Positions 1 through 9,775 are shown, counted from the stretch's first letter. The stretch: DNA of 64,000 nt from an uncultured Candidatus Saccharibacteria bacterium (GCA_964553015.1 CAZKJE010000001.1:6110-70109), one strand, 5' to 3'. Made by a program: numbers and translations. Notes: generated from the letters alone by a model not told the origin.

Positions 1-301
1 AAGCTTGTTCATATGCCGAGTAAAATCTAAAATAATTGATTCGCCTATGGCCCCGCCCGACATATCTGTCCCTGCGCACCGAGCTGTAATATAAAGACCC
101 ACACCATCATTGCCCGGGTGCACATACATGTCTTTATTTTGCGAAACCCATTTCACTAGATTTTTTACATCTTCAGAATCTCGTGGAAATAAAACCAATT
201 TAGGCCGCACTTCAAGCAAGCTCGCATCGTGTGAGTATTTTGTGAGCGTCTCTTCGCTATCCTCCACCTCTCCCCTAAAAAATTTTAGTATTTCTTCTTT
301 C
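1..301 (-). CDS. FAD-binding (PCMH-type) oxidase, N-terminal part; gene continues beyond the window start
   Basis: Reverse-complement translation from the ATG at 301 reads MKEEILKFF...ITARCAGTDMSGGAIGESIILDF, a typical FAD-binding domain of glycolate-oxidase/D-lactate-dehydrogenase-type enzymes. The listed + ORF 110..367 is antisense to it. Confidence 0.55.
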
Positions 302-309
302 ATTATAAT

Positions 310-582
310 CTATTCTATAATTCTAACGAATTGTAGAATACTCTTTCCACGTTTTGTTAATTTATGACGTACCATATTTGCATCATGTCTTTTCATAACC
401 AACCCTGCAGTAGCCATCTTGTTTATGTGCGCAGAAATATTTTTAAACGCCGACTTTAGTTTATCAGAAATCTCTTGAACCGACAATTCTGGATTTTTGT
501 ATAAAAGCTCAAGTATCTGCAATCTTCTGTGATTTGCAAATCCTTTTACTATTCTTTCCAGCTGCATGTTTGTCTTTTTCAT
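310..582 (-). CDS. ArsR/SmtB-family HTH transcriptional regulator
   Basis: 90 aa with a winged-helix region ELSVQEISDKLKSAFKNISAHINKMATAGLV, typical of ArsR. Confidence 0.65.
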   Translation of the reverse strand: MKKTNMQLERIVKGFANHRRLQILELLYKNPELSVQEISDKLKSAFKNISAHINKMATAGLVMKRHDANMVRHKLTKRGKSILQFVRIIE

Positions 583-624
583 GTTTTTTCTATTCTATAA
601 TTCTATAGAATATTAGACTATTAA

Positions 625-942
625 TTACTCCCAAAAAATTAAAATAAGAGCTATTATCCCTAGTGCTATGCCAGCAAGCTGGAATCTATTTGTTTGCTCG
701 CCGTAAAAATAAATTCCTACCACAGAAACAAAAATTACATTTGCGAGCAAATAAACGAGAGCGCCCCGCGCAAGTCCTGATCCTGATCGTATGCTCCACA
801 GCCAAAAAATATTTCCAATGGTATACCCCAGTAACGCCAGCACCCAAAAATACCAATGACCGCTGAGTGAGTATTCCTTAGAAAAAACATCTGCTATTAA
901 CGTAAGCGTTATAAAAATTATGAGTGGGATTATCCAGAACAT
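625..942 (-). CDS. Small 4-TM transporter (SMR/EamA-like, DMT superfamily)
   Basis: 105 aa, four hydrophobic helices, a Gly-rich TM pattern and a charged Glu in TM (FYGEQ). Confidence 0.45.
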   Translation of the reverse strand: MFWIIPLIIFITLTLIADVFSKEYSLSGHWYFWVLALLGYTIGNIFWLWSIRSGSGLARGALVYLLANVIFVSVVGIYFYGEQTNRFQLAGIALGIIALILIFWE

Positions 943-1953
943 TTATTTTATATATTCTCCTATACTTGCTAAGCTGTTCGCTTTTGCTTTTTCTAAAAGT
1001 AGGGTCTGCGCATGTGCAACACTGCCCGGATCTTTTGCCCAACTTTGTAAAGCTTCATTCTGAATTGCACGACCATAAGAAAAAGTAAGTGGCCACGGCA
1101 GAGTACCCATTTTATGCATAGCATTCAAATTTACTGTTGCTTCTTCGTCTGTCTGCCCGCCGGAAAGGAATACTATACCGCCTATATCTCTAGGTACGTG
1201 TTCTTTCAGGCATTTTATGGTCATTTCAGCAACTTTTTCAATAGAAGCTTTATTTTTTGCATCTTTCCCAGAGAGCACCATGCTCGTTTTTAAAATCACC
1301 CCTGGAATAAAAACATTTAGATTTTTTAATTCAGAAAAAACTAAATCAAGGTTATGCGTCGTAACTTCATAACACTCCTCTATCGTATGATCGCCGTCTA
1401 TCATTATTTCCGGCTCAACTATTGGAACAATGTCTTCTGATTGGCATATCAAGGCGTATTGCGCTAAACGTTTTGCATTTTCTTTCAAAAAATCTTTGGT
1501 TGGAAGATTTTTCCCAATTCTAATCATTTCACGCCATTTAGAAAAAACAGCTCCTTGTTTTTTATAATCCTTTATTCTTAAGGGAAAATCTGTAAGTCCC
1601 TCCGTTACTTCTTCTTTAATATCGTCATTTTTCTTATTAAATAAACTATAACCAGTATAAGCAGTAACGCCAACAGAAATTCCTTTTTGAATTAAAATAT
1701 CAATAAAGGGTACGTTATCTTTGGTCTTTTGAAAGGCGGTCTCATGAACAAGAATATAACCGCTGATATATTTTTCAATCCCTTGGGTTGTAATAAGTAG
1801 CTCTCTATATTCACGGCGCTTTTCTTCTGTAAATGGCACGCCTAGCTTTTCAAAACGGCCACGGCATGTGCCTAAACTCTCATCTATCGCCAGAATTCCT
1901 TTCGGAGATTTTACCAAACGAGCTACAGTATCTATCAATATATTTTTATCCAT
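943..1953 (-). CDS. fba: Fructose-bisphosphate aldolase, class I
   Basis: GILAIDES near the N-terminus and the LSGGQ...EEATVNLNA motif. Collinear with eukaryotic-type class I aldolases. Confidence 0.85.
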   Translation of the reverse strand: MDKNILIDTVARLVKSPKGILAIDESLGTCRGRFEKLGVPFTEEKRREYRELLITTQGIEKYISGYILVHETAFQKTKDNVPFIDILIQKGISVGVTAYTGYSLFNKKNDDIKEEVTEGLTDFPLRIKDYKKQGAVFSKWREMIRIGKNLPTKDFLKENAKRLAQYALICQSEDIVPIVEPEIMIDGDHTIEECYEVTTHNLDLVFSELKNLNVFIPGVILKTSMVLSGKDAKNKASIEKVAEMTIKCLKEHVPRDIGGIVFLSGGQTDEEATVNLNAMHKMGTLPWPLTFSYGRAIQNEALQSWAKDPGSVAHAQTLLLEKAKANSLASIGEYIK

Positions 1954-1958
1954 GATTT

Positions 1959-3410
1959 TTATTTTAATAAACCTTTTAATATTTCTATGACCACTTTTGG
2001 ATTTGCGCTGCCACTACTTTCTTTGATTACTTTTCCGACGAGAGACATTATGGCGTTCTCTTTTCCGCCTTTATAGGAAGCTACGACATCAGGATTTTCA
2101 GAAACCACTTTTTCAGCAATGGATTTTATCGCGCCTTCGTCACTGCTTTGAAGCAGATTTTTATCAATGGCAATTTTCATCGGCGATTCATCGTGATTTG
2201 CTATCGCCACTAAAATATCTTTTGCAGCGCGAGAGCTTATGAGAGACTCCGCAATCATAGACGAAAGTTCAGCCATATTTTTTGCGCTTGGGGTTTTAAT
2301 TTCCGGATTGCTTTTTTTTATACCAATAAAATCTGTTGTAATATAATTAGACGCAATTTTTATCTTTCCTTGCCCGCCGGCAGGCAGATCTTTATTTTCA
2401 AGGATTCTGGCAATAGCTTCAAACCAAGCCCCCAGTAATAATGGATCATTTATATAAACTTCTATATCTTCTTCCTTGATTCCAAAATCGTTTTGATAAC
2501 GCGCTCGCTTTTGTGCCGGCAATTCCGGCAATTCTTTTTTAATTTTTTCAATATCAAAAGCTTCGTGAAGCTTCATTTTCGGCAGATCCGGATCCGGAAA
2601 ATATCTATAATCAGCGCTGCCTTCTTTTTTTCTCTGAGAAAATGTCGTCTGCTTGTTTTCATCCCAGCCTCGCGTTTCTTGTACTATCTCTTCTCCTTTA
2701 TCAGTTTCCATAAGCCTCGTCATCCTGTCTACTTCGTGTTTTATAGCTCGCTCAACACTTCTGAAAGAATTTAAATTTTTCACCTCCACTTTTGTACCAA
2801 GGACTTTTTTGTCAGCTGAAATAGAAATGTTCGCTTCAACACGCATTTCTCCTTTTTCCATATTGGCTTCAGATACATTCAAATACCAAAGAATAAGCTG
2901 GAGCTCTTTTGCAAACTTCGTAGCGACTTTTCCTGCTTCTTCCGCGGTTTCAAAAGTATGCGGTTCGGTCACGAGCTCCATGAGCGGCACTCCGGCGCGG
3001 TTGAAATCTATGAGTGAAAAGTCTCCTCTATCGTGTTTATTGTTTGCGGTGTCTTCTTCTAAGTGTATGCGAGTAACGTCCATATCTGCCAATCGCCCGC
3101 CCTTAACTATAGGGTATTTATATTGCGAGATCTGATAGCCTTTTGGAATATCAGGATAAAAATAATTTTTGCGGTCAAATTCTGAAAAGTCTGCAATTTC
3201 GCCGTTTATTGCTAAGCCGACTTTGATCACGTTTTCTATGGCCTTTTTGTTTGGCACCGGCAAAGCTCCCGGATGTGCCATGCAGACGGGACAAATATTT
3301 ACATTTGGTTTTTCCTCGTCCGGATCGTTCTTGCACGAGCAAAACATCTTTGTCTGCGTCTTCAGTTCCGCATGTATTTCGAGCCCTATGGTTGGATAAT
3401 ATTTAGTCAT
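1959..3410 (-). CDS. gatB: Asp-tRNA(Asn)/Glu-tRNA(Gln) amidotransferase subunit B
   Basis: N-terminus MTKYYPTIGLEIHAELKTQTKMFCSC and a C-terminal GatB/YqeY domain. 483 aa. Confidence 0.9.
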   Translation of the reverse strand: MTKYYPTIGLEIHAELKTQTKMFCSCKNDPDEEKPNVNICPVCMAHPGALPVPNKKAIENVIKVGLAINGEIADFSEFDRKNYFYPDIPKGYQISQYKYPIVKGGRLADMDVTRIHLEEDTANNKHDRGDFSLIDFNRAGVPLMELVTEPHTFETAEEAGKVATKFAKELQLILWYLNVSEANMEKGEMRVEANISISADKKVLGTKVEVKNLNSFRSVERAIKHEVDRMTRLMETDKGEEIVQETRGWDENKQTTFSQRKKEGSADYRYFPDPDLPKMKLHEAFDIEKIKKELPELPAQKRARYQNDFGIKEEDIEVYINDPLLLGAWFEAIARILENKDLPAGGQGKIKIASNYITTDFIGIKKSNPEIKTPSAKNMAELSSMIAESLISSRAAKDILVAIANHDESPMKIAIDKNLLQSSDEGAIKSIAEKVVSENPDVVASYKGGKENAIMSLVGKVIKESSGSANPKVVIEILKGLLK

Positions 3411-4414
3411 TATTTTTTTCGTAAAATTTTCGTCAGTTCGTCATTAAACTTCTTTACCATTTTATCATCATATAGCGAAAGTACAAAAACTTTTTTTGAT
3501 ATTTTTTTGAATTCTGCCAATTTTTTATCTATTGTTTTCTGATCTGTTGTATCGCTTTTGGTGAGAATTATAATCTCTTCTTTTTCATCTAAACCGTTTC
3601 CGTATTTTTTTAGCTCTTTACGAATTTCTTTATAGCTTGCAAGCATTTTAGGATTTCCTGCCCCGTTGGAAGCACTCTTTCCTTCGGGGTCAAAAGACAC
3701 GAGATGCGCCAGCATTTTCGTGCGCTTGATATGACGCAAAAATTTCACCCCGAGACCTTTCCCTTCGGATGCTCCTTCTATGATTCCCGGAATGTCGGCA
3801 ATAATATATCCATAAAAATCTCCGAGGTTTGGATCGAGAGTCGTAAAAGCATAATCCCCCACTTTCGCATCAGCATTTGTAAGCGTATTCAAAAGCGAGC
3901 TCTTGCCGGCGTTCGGCAAACCGATAAGGCCAATATCTGCAAAAAGCTCCAGCTCTATTTTAAAAATTCCTTTCTCGCCCTCTTGTCCCTCGCGAGATTC
4001 CTTGGGCGTAGTATTGGTAGAACTTTTAAAATGCTCATTGCCGAAACCTCCGTACCCGCCTTTTAAAATTAAAAATTTCTCTCCTTCCTTTGAGAGCTGC
4101 CAAGTTTCATCCGTGCCAAGATTTGTAATGACAGACCCTATAGGCAAATCTAAAACAAAATCTTCGCCATTTTTGCCATGCAAGCTTTTATTTCCGCCGT
4201 CTTCTCCCCGTCCCGCCAAAAATTCTTTTTTAGCTTTGTATTTTGAGAGAATATGAATATCCCGCACAGCTTTTACAAAGAAATCTCCCCCTCGCCCGCC
4301 GTCTCCGCCCGAAGGTCCGCCTTTTGGCACGAACTTTTCCTGTCTCCAGCGCACAACGCCATTCCCGCCCCTGCCGGCAGCGGCTTCTATTTTCATTTCA
4401 TCTATAAAAGGCAT
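3410..4414 (-). CDS. obg: GTPase Obg
   Basis: The Obg fold MPFIDEMKIEAAAGRGGNG...GGPSGGDGGRGGD is followed by a G domain with GLIGLPNAGKSSLL. The ORF extends to 4558 upstream but is run-in noise. The true start is likely the ATG at 4414, abutting the upstream gene. Confidence 0.85.
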   Translation of the reverse strand: MPFIDEMKIEAAAGRGGNGVVRWRQEKFVPKGGPSGGDGGRGGDFFVKAVRDIHILSKYKAKKEFLAGRGEDGGNKSLHGKNGEDFVLDLPIGSVITNLGTDETWQLSKEGEKFLILKGGYGGFGNEHFKSSTNTTPKESREGQEGEKGIFKIELELFADIGLIGLPNAGKSSLLNTLTNADAKVGDYAFTTLDPNLGDFYGYIIADIPGIIEGASEGKGLGVKFLRHIKRTKMLAHLVSFDPEGKSASNGAGNPKMLASYKEIRKELKKYGNGLDEKEEIIILTKSDTTDQKTIDKKLAEFKKISKKVFVLSLYDDKMVKKFNDELTKILRKK

Positions 4415-4416
4415 CC

Positions 4417-5346
4417 CTATGATTCTACCGCAATTTGCGCCAATTTGACAGCGCCTTCTTTTGATTTCGCTCCTGCGAGGAAAAGCGCGCGGTGACAAAA
4501 AAGCGCATCTCCTACGCCTGAAACATTTACAAATTCTTCGTCGGAAAGTCCTGCCCAAAGTTTCGGCAAATTTTTTCTATTTTTAAAAGTTTTTATATCT
4601 GCCCTTATAGCTTTTACGCCCCAGCCGCCGGTCTTCCTGGGATACACTACAAAAAGAGGCTCGGGAAAATTCGAAACTATATATTCAAAAGGATAATTTT
4701 TATCTAAAACAACAATTCGCTTGTCTCCAGAGCTGTTATAAGAAGAAATCACGTCTTCTTCTGCTTCCAGCATATCCCGCGCCTGTACGATTTCCCGCGT
4801 CAAAATAATTTTGGCCATCTGTACGCATTCTAAAAATACCTCGTCGAGCTTGGTACTGTCTTCCTTCCATGTAGGCATCATAGAAAAGAAAATATTCTGG
4901 ATATAATATGGCGCCACGTCATATTTGTTTTCTGTCAGGTCAAATCCGTTATCGGCTGCATCGATAGGAGCGCACAGCCGTTTTTCAATTATTTCTGCCG
5001 CTCGTTTAGACCCTGCGATCTTTTCTCCGAATTTTTTCCACACCAGTCCCAAAGAAGAATATTCTATATTTCGGAGACTCTTGCCCGCCCCGCCGATTTG
5101 GTGATGATCAAAAAGATTCTTGCTCTCGTCATATATTCCGCCGACGTCGTATACATAATCCCCGGTTTTTATGACTTTCGGATCCCGGCTTCTTATTATT
5201 TCAAAAGCTGTATTTTCTTTTTCCAGCATCATGGAAAGTGCAGCCGTCGCAAAAATATCGTCAGCATGGAAAGCTCCGTCGTGCGTTATCAGCTTCTTTT
5301 TTAAATTTTCGTGCATGTTATGGTCTGTCATTATAATATTCTTCAA
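4417..5346 (-). CDS. MYG1/UPF0160-family metal-dependent hydrolase
   Basis: N-terminal ITHDGAFHADDIFATAAL motif (THxGxFHxDE) and a size of 309 aa. Confidence 0.6.
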   Translation of the reverse strand: MKNIIMTDHNMHENLKKKLITHDGAFHADDIFATAALSMMLEKENTAFEIIRSRDPKVIKTGDYVYDVGGIYDESKNLFDHHQIGGAGKSLRNIEYSSLGLVWKKFGEKIAGSKRAAEIIEKRLCAPIDAADNGFDLTENKYDVAPYYIQNIFFSMMPTWKEDSTKLDEVFLECVQMAKIILTREIVQARDMLEAEEDVISSYNSSGDKRIVVLDKNYPFEYIVSNFPEPLFVVYPRKTGGWGVKAIRADIKTFKNRKNLPKLWAGLSDEEFVNVSGVGDALFCHRALFLAGAKSKEGAVKLAQIAVES

Positions 5347-5923
5347 ATAATTCGTATATCCAGCTTACCAGTTTATCAAACAATATAAACATTATCACGA
5401 GCACAAGAACTACCATTGAAAATCTCCAGATTTCTCCGCTCACCTGCAAGGCAGTATAGCTGAAAATATACCCTAAAGAAAGGAGAAAAGGAGCCCAGAG
5501 TACAGTAGCCAATACTTCGGCTTTTAAATATTTTTTGTAATTTATTTTTTCGAAGCCAGAAAATATGATGACGACATTGTTCGCTCCTATGATAAATTTT
5601 GAAATAAAAATGGACCAGAACGGTTTTGTTTTAAATTTCGGTAGAAGCAGATACACACGCTTTTGAATGTAGCGAAAAAATCTGTGATGATTGAATTTTT
5701 TAAACAGAAACTGCCCGAGAGCATATCCGAAAAAAGTTTTAGCAAAAGCGCCGAGCAGGATGAATATGATAGCGACAAATACATTGAGCGCGCCCAAGTG
5801 CGCCAGAACTCCGGTAAATATTATCACAAACTCGCCCTCAAATATAATTCCGAGGAGAATTATAGCGTATATGAGAACCTGATGATTCTCCACTATGCCA
5901 GACAGAATTTTTACAGTGTGCAT
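5318..5923 (-). CDS. DedA/TVP38-family membrane protein
   Basis: Polytopic membrane protein of 201 aa with a DedA-like core. Confidence 0.45.
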   Translation of the reverse strand: MHTVKILSGIVENHQVLIYAIILLGIIFEGEFVIIFTGVLAHLGALNVFVAIIFILLGAFAKTFFGYALGQFLFKKFNHHRFFRYIQKRVYLLLPKFKTKPFWSIFISKFIIGANNVVIIFSGFEKINYKKYLKAEVLATVLWAPFLLSLGYIFSYTALQVSGEIWRFSMVVLVLVIMFILFDKLVSWIYELFEEYYNDRP

Positions 5924-5924
5924 T

Positions 5925-6209
5925 TTACTCTATGTAAGATTCCATGATCTTAATTTCAGCTTCTTCTTTATCTACCAAATCCTGACGATTTCCTTGTTTA
6001 AATAATTCTACAGCTTTTTTGCCTTTTTTCACCATACGCCTGATGACCGTGAGCGCCTCTTCATCTGTAAGTATTTCATTGGGCTTTCTGTTTTTACTTA
6101 CAAGCTCATTTGTAAAAGCTGCAGACATGCCTCTGTATGTTTCCAAGCTTATGCTGTCTTTGGCCATCATGGCCCCTTTTATTTTATTTTTTATTTGCTC
6201 ATGCAGCAT
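5925..6209 (-). CDS. GatB/YqeY-domain protein
   Basis: 94 aa. Segments ETYRGMSAAFTNE...EALTVIRRMVKKGKKAVELF match the YqeY family. Confidence 0.65.
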   Translation of the reverse strand: MLHEQIKNKIKGAMMAKDSISLETYRGMSAAFTNELVSKNRKPNEILTDEEALTVIRRMVKKGKKAVELFKQGNRQDLVDKEEAEIKIMESYIE

Positions 6210-6247
6210 ATAAATAAATTATAACAGAAATGTGCTAAAATAGCACT

Positions 6248-6964
6248 ATGCCTAAACTAATATTTTTTGATACAGAGACCACCGGAAATACCGAAAAAGA
6301 TTTTCTCGTTCAGATCGCTTTTAAAACTAGCGATGATACTTTTACTGAACTTTATAAACCACAAACAAAAATTCCGCCCGAGGCTTCGGCGGTTCATCAT
6401 ATCACAAATAAAATGGTAGCTGATAAACCGACTTTTAAAGAAAGTACCGATCAGCCGATCATTAAAAAACTTTTTGAAGACAAAGATTCTGTCGTCGTCG
6501 CTCACAACGCGCCTTTTGACCTAATGATCATAGCCAAAGAAGATATCGTGCCGAAAAAATTCATCTGCACCCTGCGCATCGCCAGAGAACTGGATAAAGA
6601 AGGAAAAATTGAACGATATAACTTGCAATATCTGCGATACTTGCTTGACCTTGATGTGGAAGCGACGGCCCATGATGCTATGGGAGATGTTTTAGTGCTC
6701 GAAAAACTTTTTGACAGGCTAAAAAAGAAAATTATAGAAGAACAAAAAATATCAGAAGAAGAAGCGATACAAAAAATGATAGAAATCTCTTCGCACCCGT
6801 CTATGATGCGCTCTTTTAGTTTTGGCAAGCACAACGGCAAAAAAATTGAAGAAGTACTAGCGACTGATCGCGGATACTTGGAATGGTTACTCGCTCAAAA
6901 GCTCGAAAGCGACCAAATTGAAGACGATTGGATCTACACTCTCCAGCATCATTTAGGAAAATAA
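6248..6964 (+). CDS. DEDDh 3'-5' exonuclease (DnaQ/exonuclease X-like) with a C-terminal GxYxG...EV...YLxWL domain
   Basis: Exo I FFDTETTG, Exo II VVAHNAPFDL, Exo III ATAHDAMGDVL. C-terminus KHNGKKIEEVLATDRGYLEWLL. Confidence 0.7.
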   Translation: MPKLIFFDTETTGNTEKDFLVQIAFKTSDDTFTELYKPQTKIPPEASAVHHITNKMVADKPTFKESTDQPIIKKLFEDKDSVVVAHNAPFDLMIIAKEDIVPKKFICTLRIARELDKEGKIERYNLQYLRYLLDLDVEATAHDAMGDVLVLEKLFDRLKKKIIEEQKISEEEAIQKMIEISSHPSMMRSFSFGKHNGKKIEEVLATDRGYLEWLLAQKLESDQIEDDWIYTLQHHLGK

Positions 6965-6971
6965 GTTTTTC

Positions 6972-7008
6972 TTGACAAAACGTTTTTTATGTGCACAATA
7001 GTATGTGA
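6972..7008 (+). promoter_or_regulatory. Promoter-like element (TTGACA at 6972-6977 with an AT-rich -10 region) upstream of the GC-rich unit
   Basis: cTTGACAaaacgttttttatgtgcacaatagtatgtg. The spacing to the -10 is ambiguous. Confidence 0.3.
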
Positions 7009-7009
7009 A

Positions 7010-7330
7010 ATAAGTTCACTAAACGAGAGGGAGATATTCCGCGAATGCAAATGCATTATGAGGATGTAGTGCTGGAAAGAGGAGATCATGCGATAATGCT
7101 GGAATCGAGAGGAATCCTTGAGGTCATCGTCGTTTTTAAGACGAAGGGACCCGTAGGGTTACTTGGGGTTCCTCAGAACTACAAGGAAGTGTGCAGCCAC
7201 TTCCTCACACAGGCTGCTAAACGCAGTCTTCCGGCCAAGCAGGTCAACTCGATGGTAATTCTCATCGAATAACTTAAACCGCATTCCCCACCGCCGGAGC
7301 CATCGCGCCCGCGCGGTGGTTTCTTTTTGT
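7010..7330 (+). ncRNA. Unclassified GC-rich transcription unit: candidate structured ncRNA or foreign 75-aa ORF
   Basis: About 50% GC against roughly 38-40% in the flanks. Promoter-like TTGACA upstream. Ends in the hairpin CCACCGC...GCGGTGG followed by TTTCTTTTTGT at 7289-7330. Conflicting ORFs on both strands (7045..7272 + and 7159..7356 -). Codon usage is unlike the neighbours. Confidence 0.3.
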
Positions 7331-7350
7331 ATGCATGCTAAAATATAAAT

Positions 7351-8406
7351 ATGCAAAATAGTTTTGAAATAATAATTGGATTAGTAATCGGCGGTATTTT
7401 TGTTTATTTTATTTTCGGCAGAAAGAAAGAAGAGAAGAAAGACGATCTAGGTCTGCAGTTAATTCTCACTCAATTAAACGAACTCTCGCGCACGGTAGAT
7501 AACAAAATCGGCGAATCACACAAACAAGTCAATGAAAGTCTTAAATTTCATTCCAGCGAATCAAATAAAATCATCAGGGACGTCACTGAACGCCTCACCA
7601 GATTGGACGAAACGAATAAACAAGTTATCTCTTTTGCCGATCAATTGCAAAGCTTGGAAAATATTTTAAAGAATCCCAAACAGCGCGGAATACTGGGAGA
7701 ATATTATTTGGAAACACTTCTAAAAAATGTTATGCCACCAGGAAGTTTTGAAATGCAATACAAGCTAGGAAAAAATGAAAATGGTGATGAATTAATACCA
7801 GATGCAGTAATATTTGTAAAGGATAAAATAATTCCAATAGATTCTAAATTCTCATTGGAAAATTATAATCGTATAGTGGATGAGCGAAATCCCGTAGAAA
7901 AAGAAAAATTGGAAAAAACTTTTGAAAACGACTTAAAAGACAGGATTGTTGAAACTTCAAAATATATACACCCAGAATTAGGCACCATGGAATTCGCCTT
8001 TATGTTCATTCCCCATGAAGCAATTTATTATGATTTACTAATAGGAAGAGTCGGTAAGGGTGAAGACGAAAATTTAATTCAACGTGCAGCAAATAAATAC
8101 AAAGTCATTATAGTGTCGCCTACCTCATTTCTTGCCTATCTACAAACAGTATTACAGGGATTAAATGCACTTAAAATTGAAAAAGATGCAGTTGAAATAA
8201 GGAAAAGAGTTGGAGAACTTGGCACACATTTAAAATCTTATGAAAAATATTATAACAGTCTTGGAAATGCTTTAGGAACTGTATTTAATCAATACTCTTT
8301 ATCTGGTAAAGAACTAAAAAAAATAGACAAAGATATTTTACGTATAACTAATTCTTCCCCTGAACTTACGTTGCTTGAGGTAGAAAAACCAAAATTTGAA
8401 GAGTAA
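7351..8406 (+). CDS. rmuC: DNA recombination protein RmuC
   Basis: N-terminal TM, a coiled coil, and an RmuC core (GILGEYYLETLLKNVMP...IPDAVIFV...IDSKFSLENY). Confidence 0.75.
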   Translation: MQNSFEIIIGLVIGGIFVYFIFGRKKEEKKDDLGLQLILTQLNELSRTVDNKIGESHKQVNESLKFHSSESNKIIRDVTERLTRLDETNKQVISFADQLQSLENILKNPKQRGILGEYYLETLLKNVMPPGSFEMQYKLGKNENGDELIPDAVIFVKDKIIPIDSKFSLENYNRIVDERNPVEKEKLEKTFENDLKDRIVETSKYIHPELGTMEFAFMFIPHEAIYYDLLIGRVGKGEDENLIQRAANKYKVIIVSPTSFLAYLQTVLQGLNALKIEKDAVEIRKRVGELGTHLKSYEKYYNSLGNALGTVFNQYSLSGKELKKIDKDILRITNSSPELTLLEVEKPKFEE

Positions 8407-8488
8407 AGCTCTCTAAACGTACAAAGGGGGAGCGCCAATCAGCCGAAGCTTCAAGACACTCCCCCTCTTACGATAACTAACCGACGCT

Positions 8489-8854
8489 TCATGGGCCGTT
8501 CGTACCCCGATTCATCAGGTCGAAGATTGCCTGAGGAACACGTGGAGCAAGATCCCATACATCCCACGGGCAAAGTGGTTTACCCGCCAAGTGTACTTTT
8601 TCTTTGTACTCTTGGTAGGTAATTTCGACTCGTTGCCCCTCTATTTCTTTAAAAGAGGGGTTGTCGAAAAACTTGTACAGCACCACTTCTCCGTTCATAC
8701 CCACAACCAAGATCCGGTATCGGATCATTTCACCTGTCCGCTCGTCCCTGTAACAGAGACAAGCTTTTTTGGGAGAGTTTTCCGACGGCTCGGAAGGCAC
8801 GACAGTCGCACAACCGGACAACAACATCCAAAAAAGAACGATCCAGTATTTCAT
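8489..8854 (-). CDS. Hypothetical lipoprotein (GC-rich islet)
   Basis: Signal peptide with a lipobox LLSGC. GC clearly above the flanks. Confidence 0.4.
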   Translation of the reverse strand: MKYWIVLFWMLLSGCATVVPSEPSENSPKKACLCYRDERTGEMIRYRILVVGMNGEVVLYKFFDNPSFKEIEGQRVEITYQEYKEKVHLAGKPLCPWDVWDLAPRVPQAIFDLMNRGTNGP

Positions 8855-8894
8855 TTCCCTGTTCCCTTTCTTTCGACTACTGTTGATGGTTGTG

Positions 8895-9248
8895 TCAGAT
8901 GCCTGGTTGTTCCACGTAAACCTGAACTTCTTTTTCCTCCTCTCTCCTTCTTAAGGACTTACGTCGTGGTTTCTTAGGAGTCCACTGCTTCTCGATCAGA
9001 TCGGCAACCTCTTTTGCTGTCCTGTTTTCGAAAAGAATTCTCCAAGATTCACGCCGTTTGTCGGTCTCAAGACCTATTACTGAAATGAGATGAAGAACTT
9101 CTGCTGGCAACAGGTTTGAAAAAAGATTGTGCCATGCCGAATGTACTTCATGCGTCAGCATGACAAGGTTCCACTTTTCGTTAGAACCTCCGCGACTCCG
9201 AGGAATTAAGTGGTGTTCGGAAAGACTGTAATTAATTACCAGACTCAA
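8895..9248 (-). CDS. HNH endonuclease
   Basis: The EHHLIPRSRGG...N...HEVHSAWHNLF segment is an HNH motif. 117 aa, GC-rich. Confidence 0.7.
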   Translation of the reverse strand: MSLVINYSLSEHHLIPRSRGGSNEKWNLVMLTHEVHSAWHNLFSNLLPAEVLHLISVIGLETDKRRESWRILFENRTAKEVADLIEKQWTPKKPRRKSLRRREEEKEVQVYVEQPGI

Positions 9249-9379
9249 CTTTTACCCCCCTCCTTTATCGGTTAGTTGTCAAAGTAACTGCGTTAGAATG
9301 CAGACCTACATCCGCCTCTAACAGGTCTGCTATTATTATAACATTTTATAAATATCCTGTCTAGTAAAATTCTATATCC

Positions 9380-9775
9380 TTAATAGTCGTCGCTGTACGG
9401 ATCCCATTTGTTAGTAATAGGTTTTGGTTTTTTTCTTGAATTTTTTTCCAGTTCTCTAGCCTCTTTTGATATTTTAAAAGCTCCAGTCAGTTCATTTAAA
9501 TCTATATTGTAAGCTTGCGCAATGTCCGGAAGCCTACTTTCATCTGGAAATGTTTCACCTGTTTCCCAAAAATTAATTGATGTGGTATCAACCCCGAGTT
9601 TTAATGCCACATTTTTCTTAGTACTTTTTTCTAGTCTGTTTCTTGCCTCTTTTAATTTATCTCCGAAAAGTGTTCTGTCCTCTACTGTAACTTTCTTTTT
9701 TTCCGGAGCTTTATTTAAACTATTAAATCCCGATGACATGCTGTTATTATAACAATAATAAATTATTTTATGCAA
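9380..9775 (-). CDS. XRE-family (Cro/CI-type) HTH transcriptional regulator
   Basis: LKEARNRLEKSTKKNVALKLGVDTTSINFWETGETFP is a classic HTH_3. The real start may be the internal Met at about 9739. Confidence 0.65.
   Translation of the reverse strand: MHKIIYYCYNNSMSSGFNSLNKAPEKKKVTVEDRTLFGDKLKEARNRLEKSTKKNVALKLGVDTTSINFWETGETFPDESRLPDIAQAYNIDLNELTGAFKISKEARELEKNSRKKPKPITNKWDPYSDDY

Noticed and set aside
110-367. 85-aa ORF on the + strand at the window start
   Set aside because: It lies antisense to a much better partial FAD-binding oxidase gene (1..301, minus strand) and has low-complexity Ser/Phe-rich content.
2493-3542. Several + strand ORFs of 76-160 aa inside gatB
   Set aside because: All are antisense to the well-supported gatB CDS and have no motifs.
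4415-4558. N-terminal 48-aa extension of the Obg ORF (MGRTFRRRICKC...)
   Set aside because: Arg/Cys-rich low-complexity run-in. The canonical Obg N-terminus starts at the internal Met, which abuts the upstream gene.
7010-7330. Assignment of the GC-rich unit to tmRNA, RNase P RNA or SRP RNA
   Set aside because: No tRNA-like acceptor or T-arm ends (tmRNA). No GGAAAGUCCGG or ACAGAACCCGGCUUA (RNase P P4). No GGAA-tetraloop domain IV (SRP). Kept only as an unclassified candidate.
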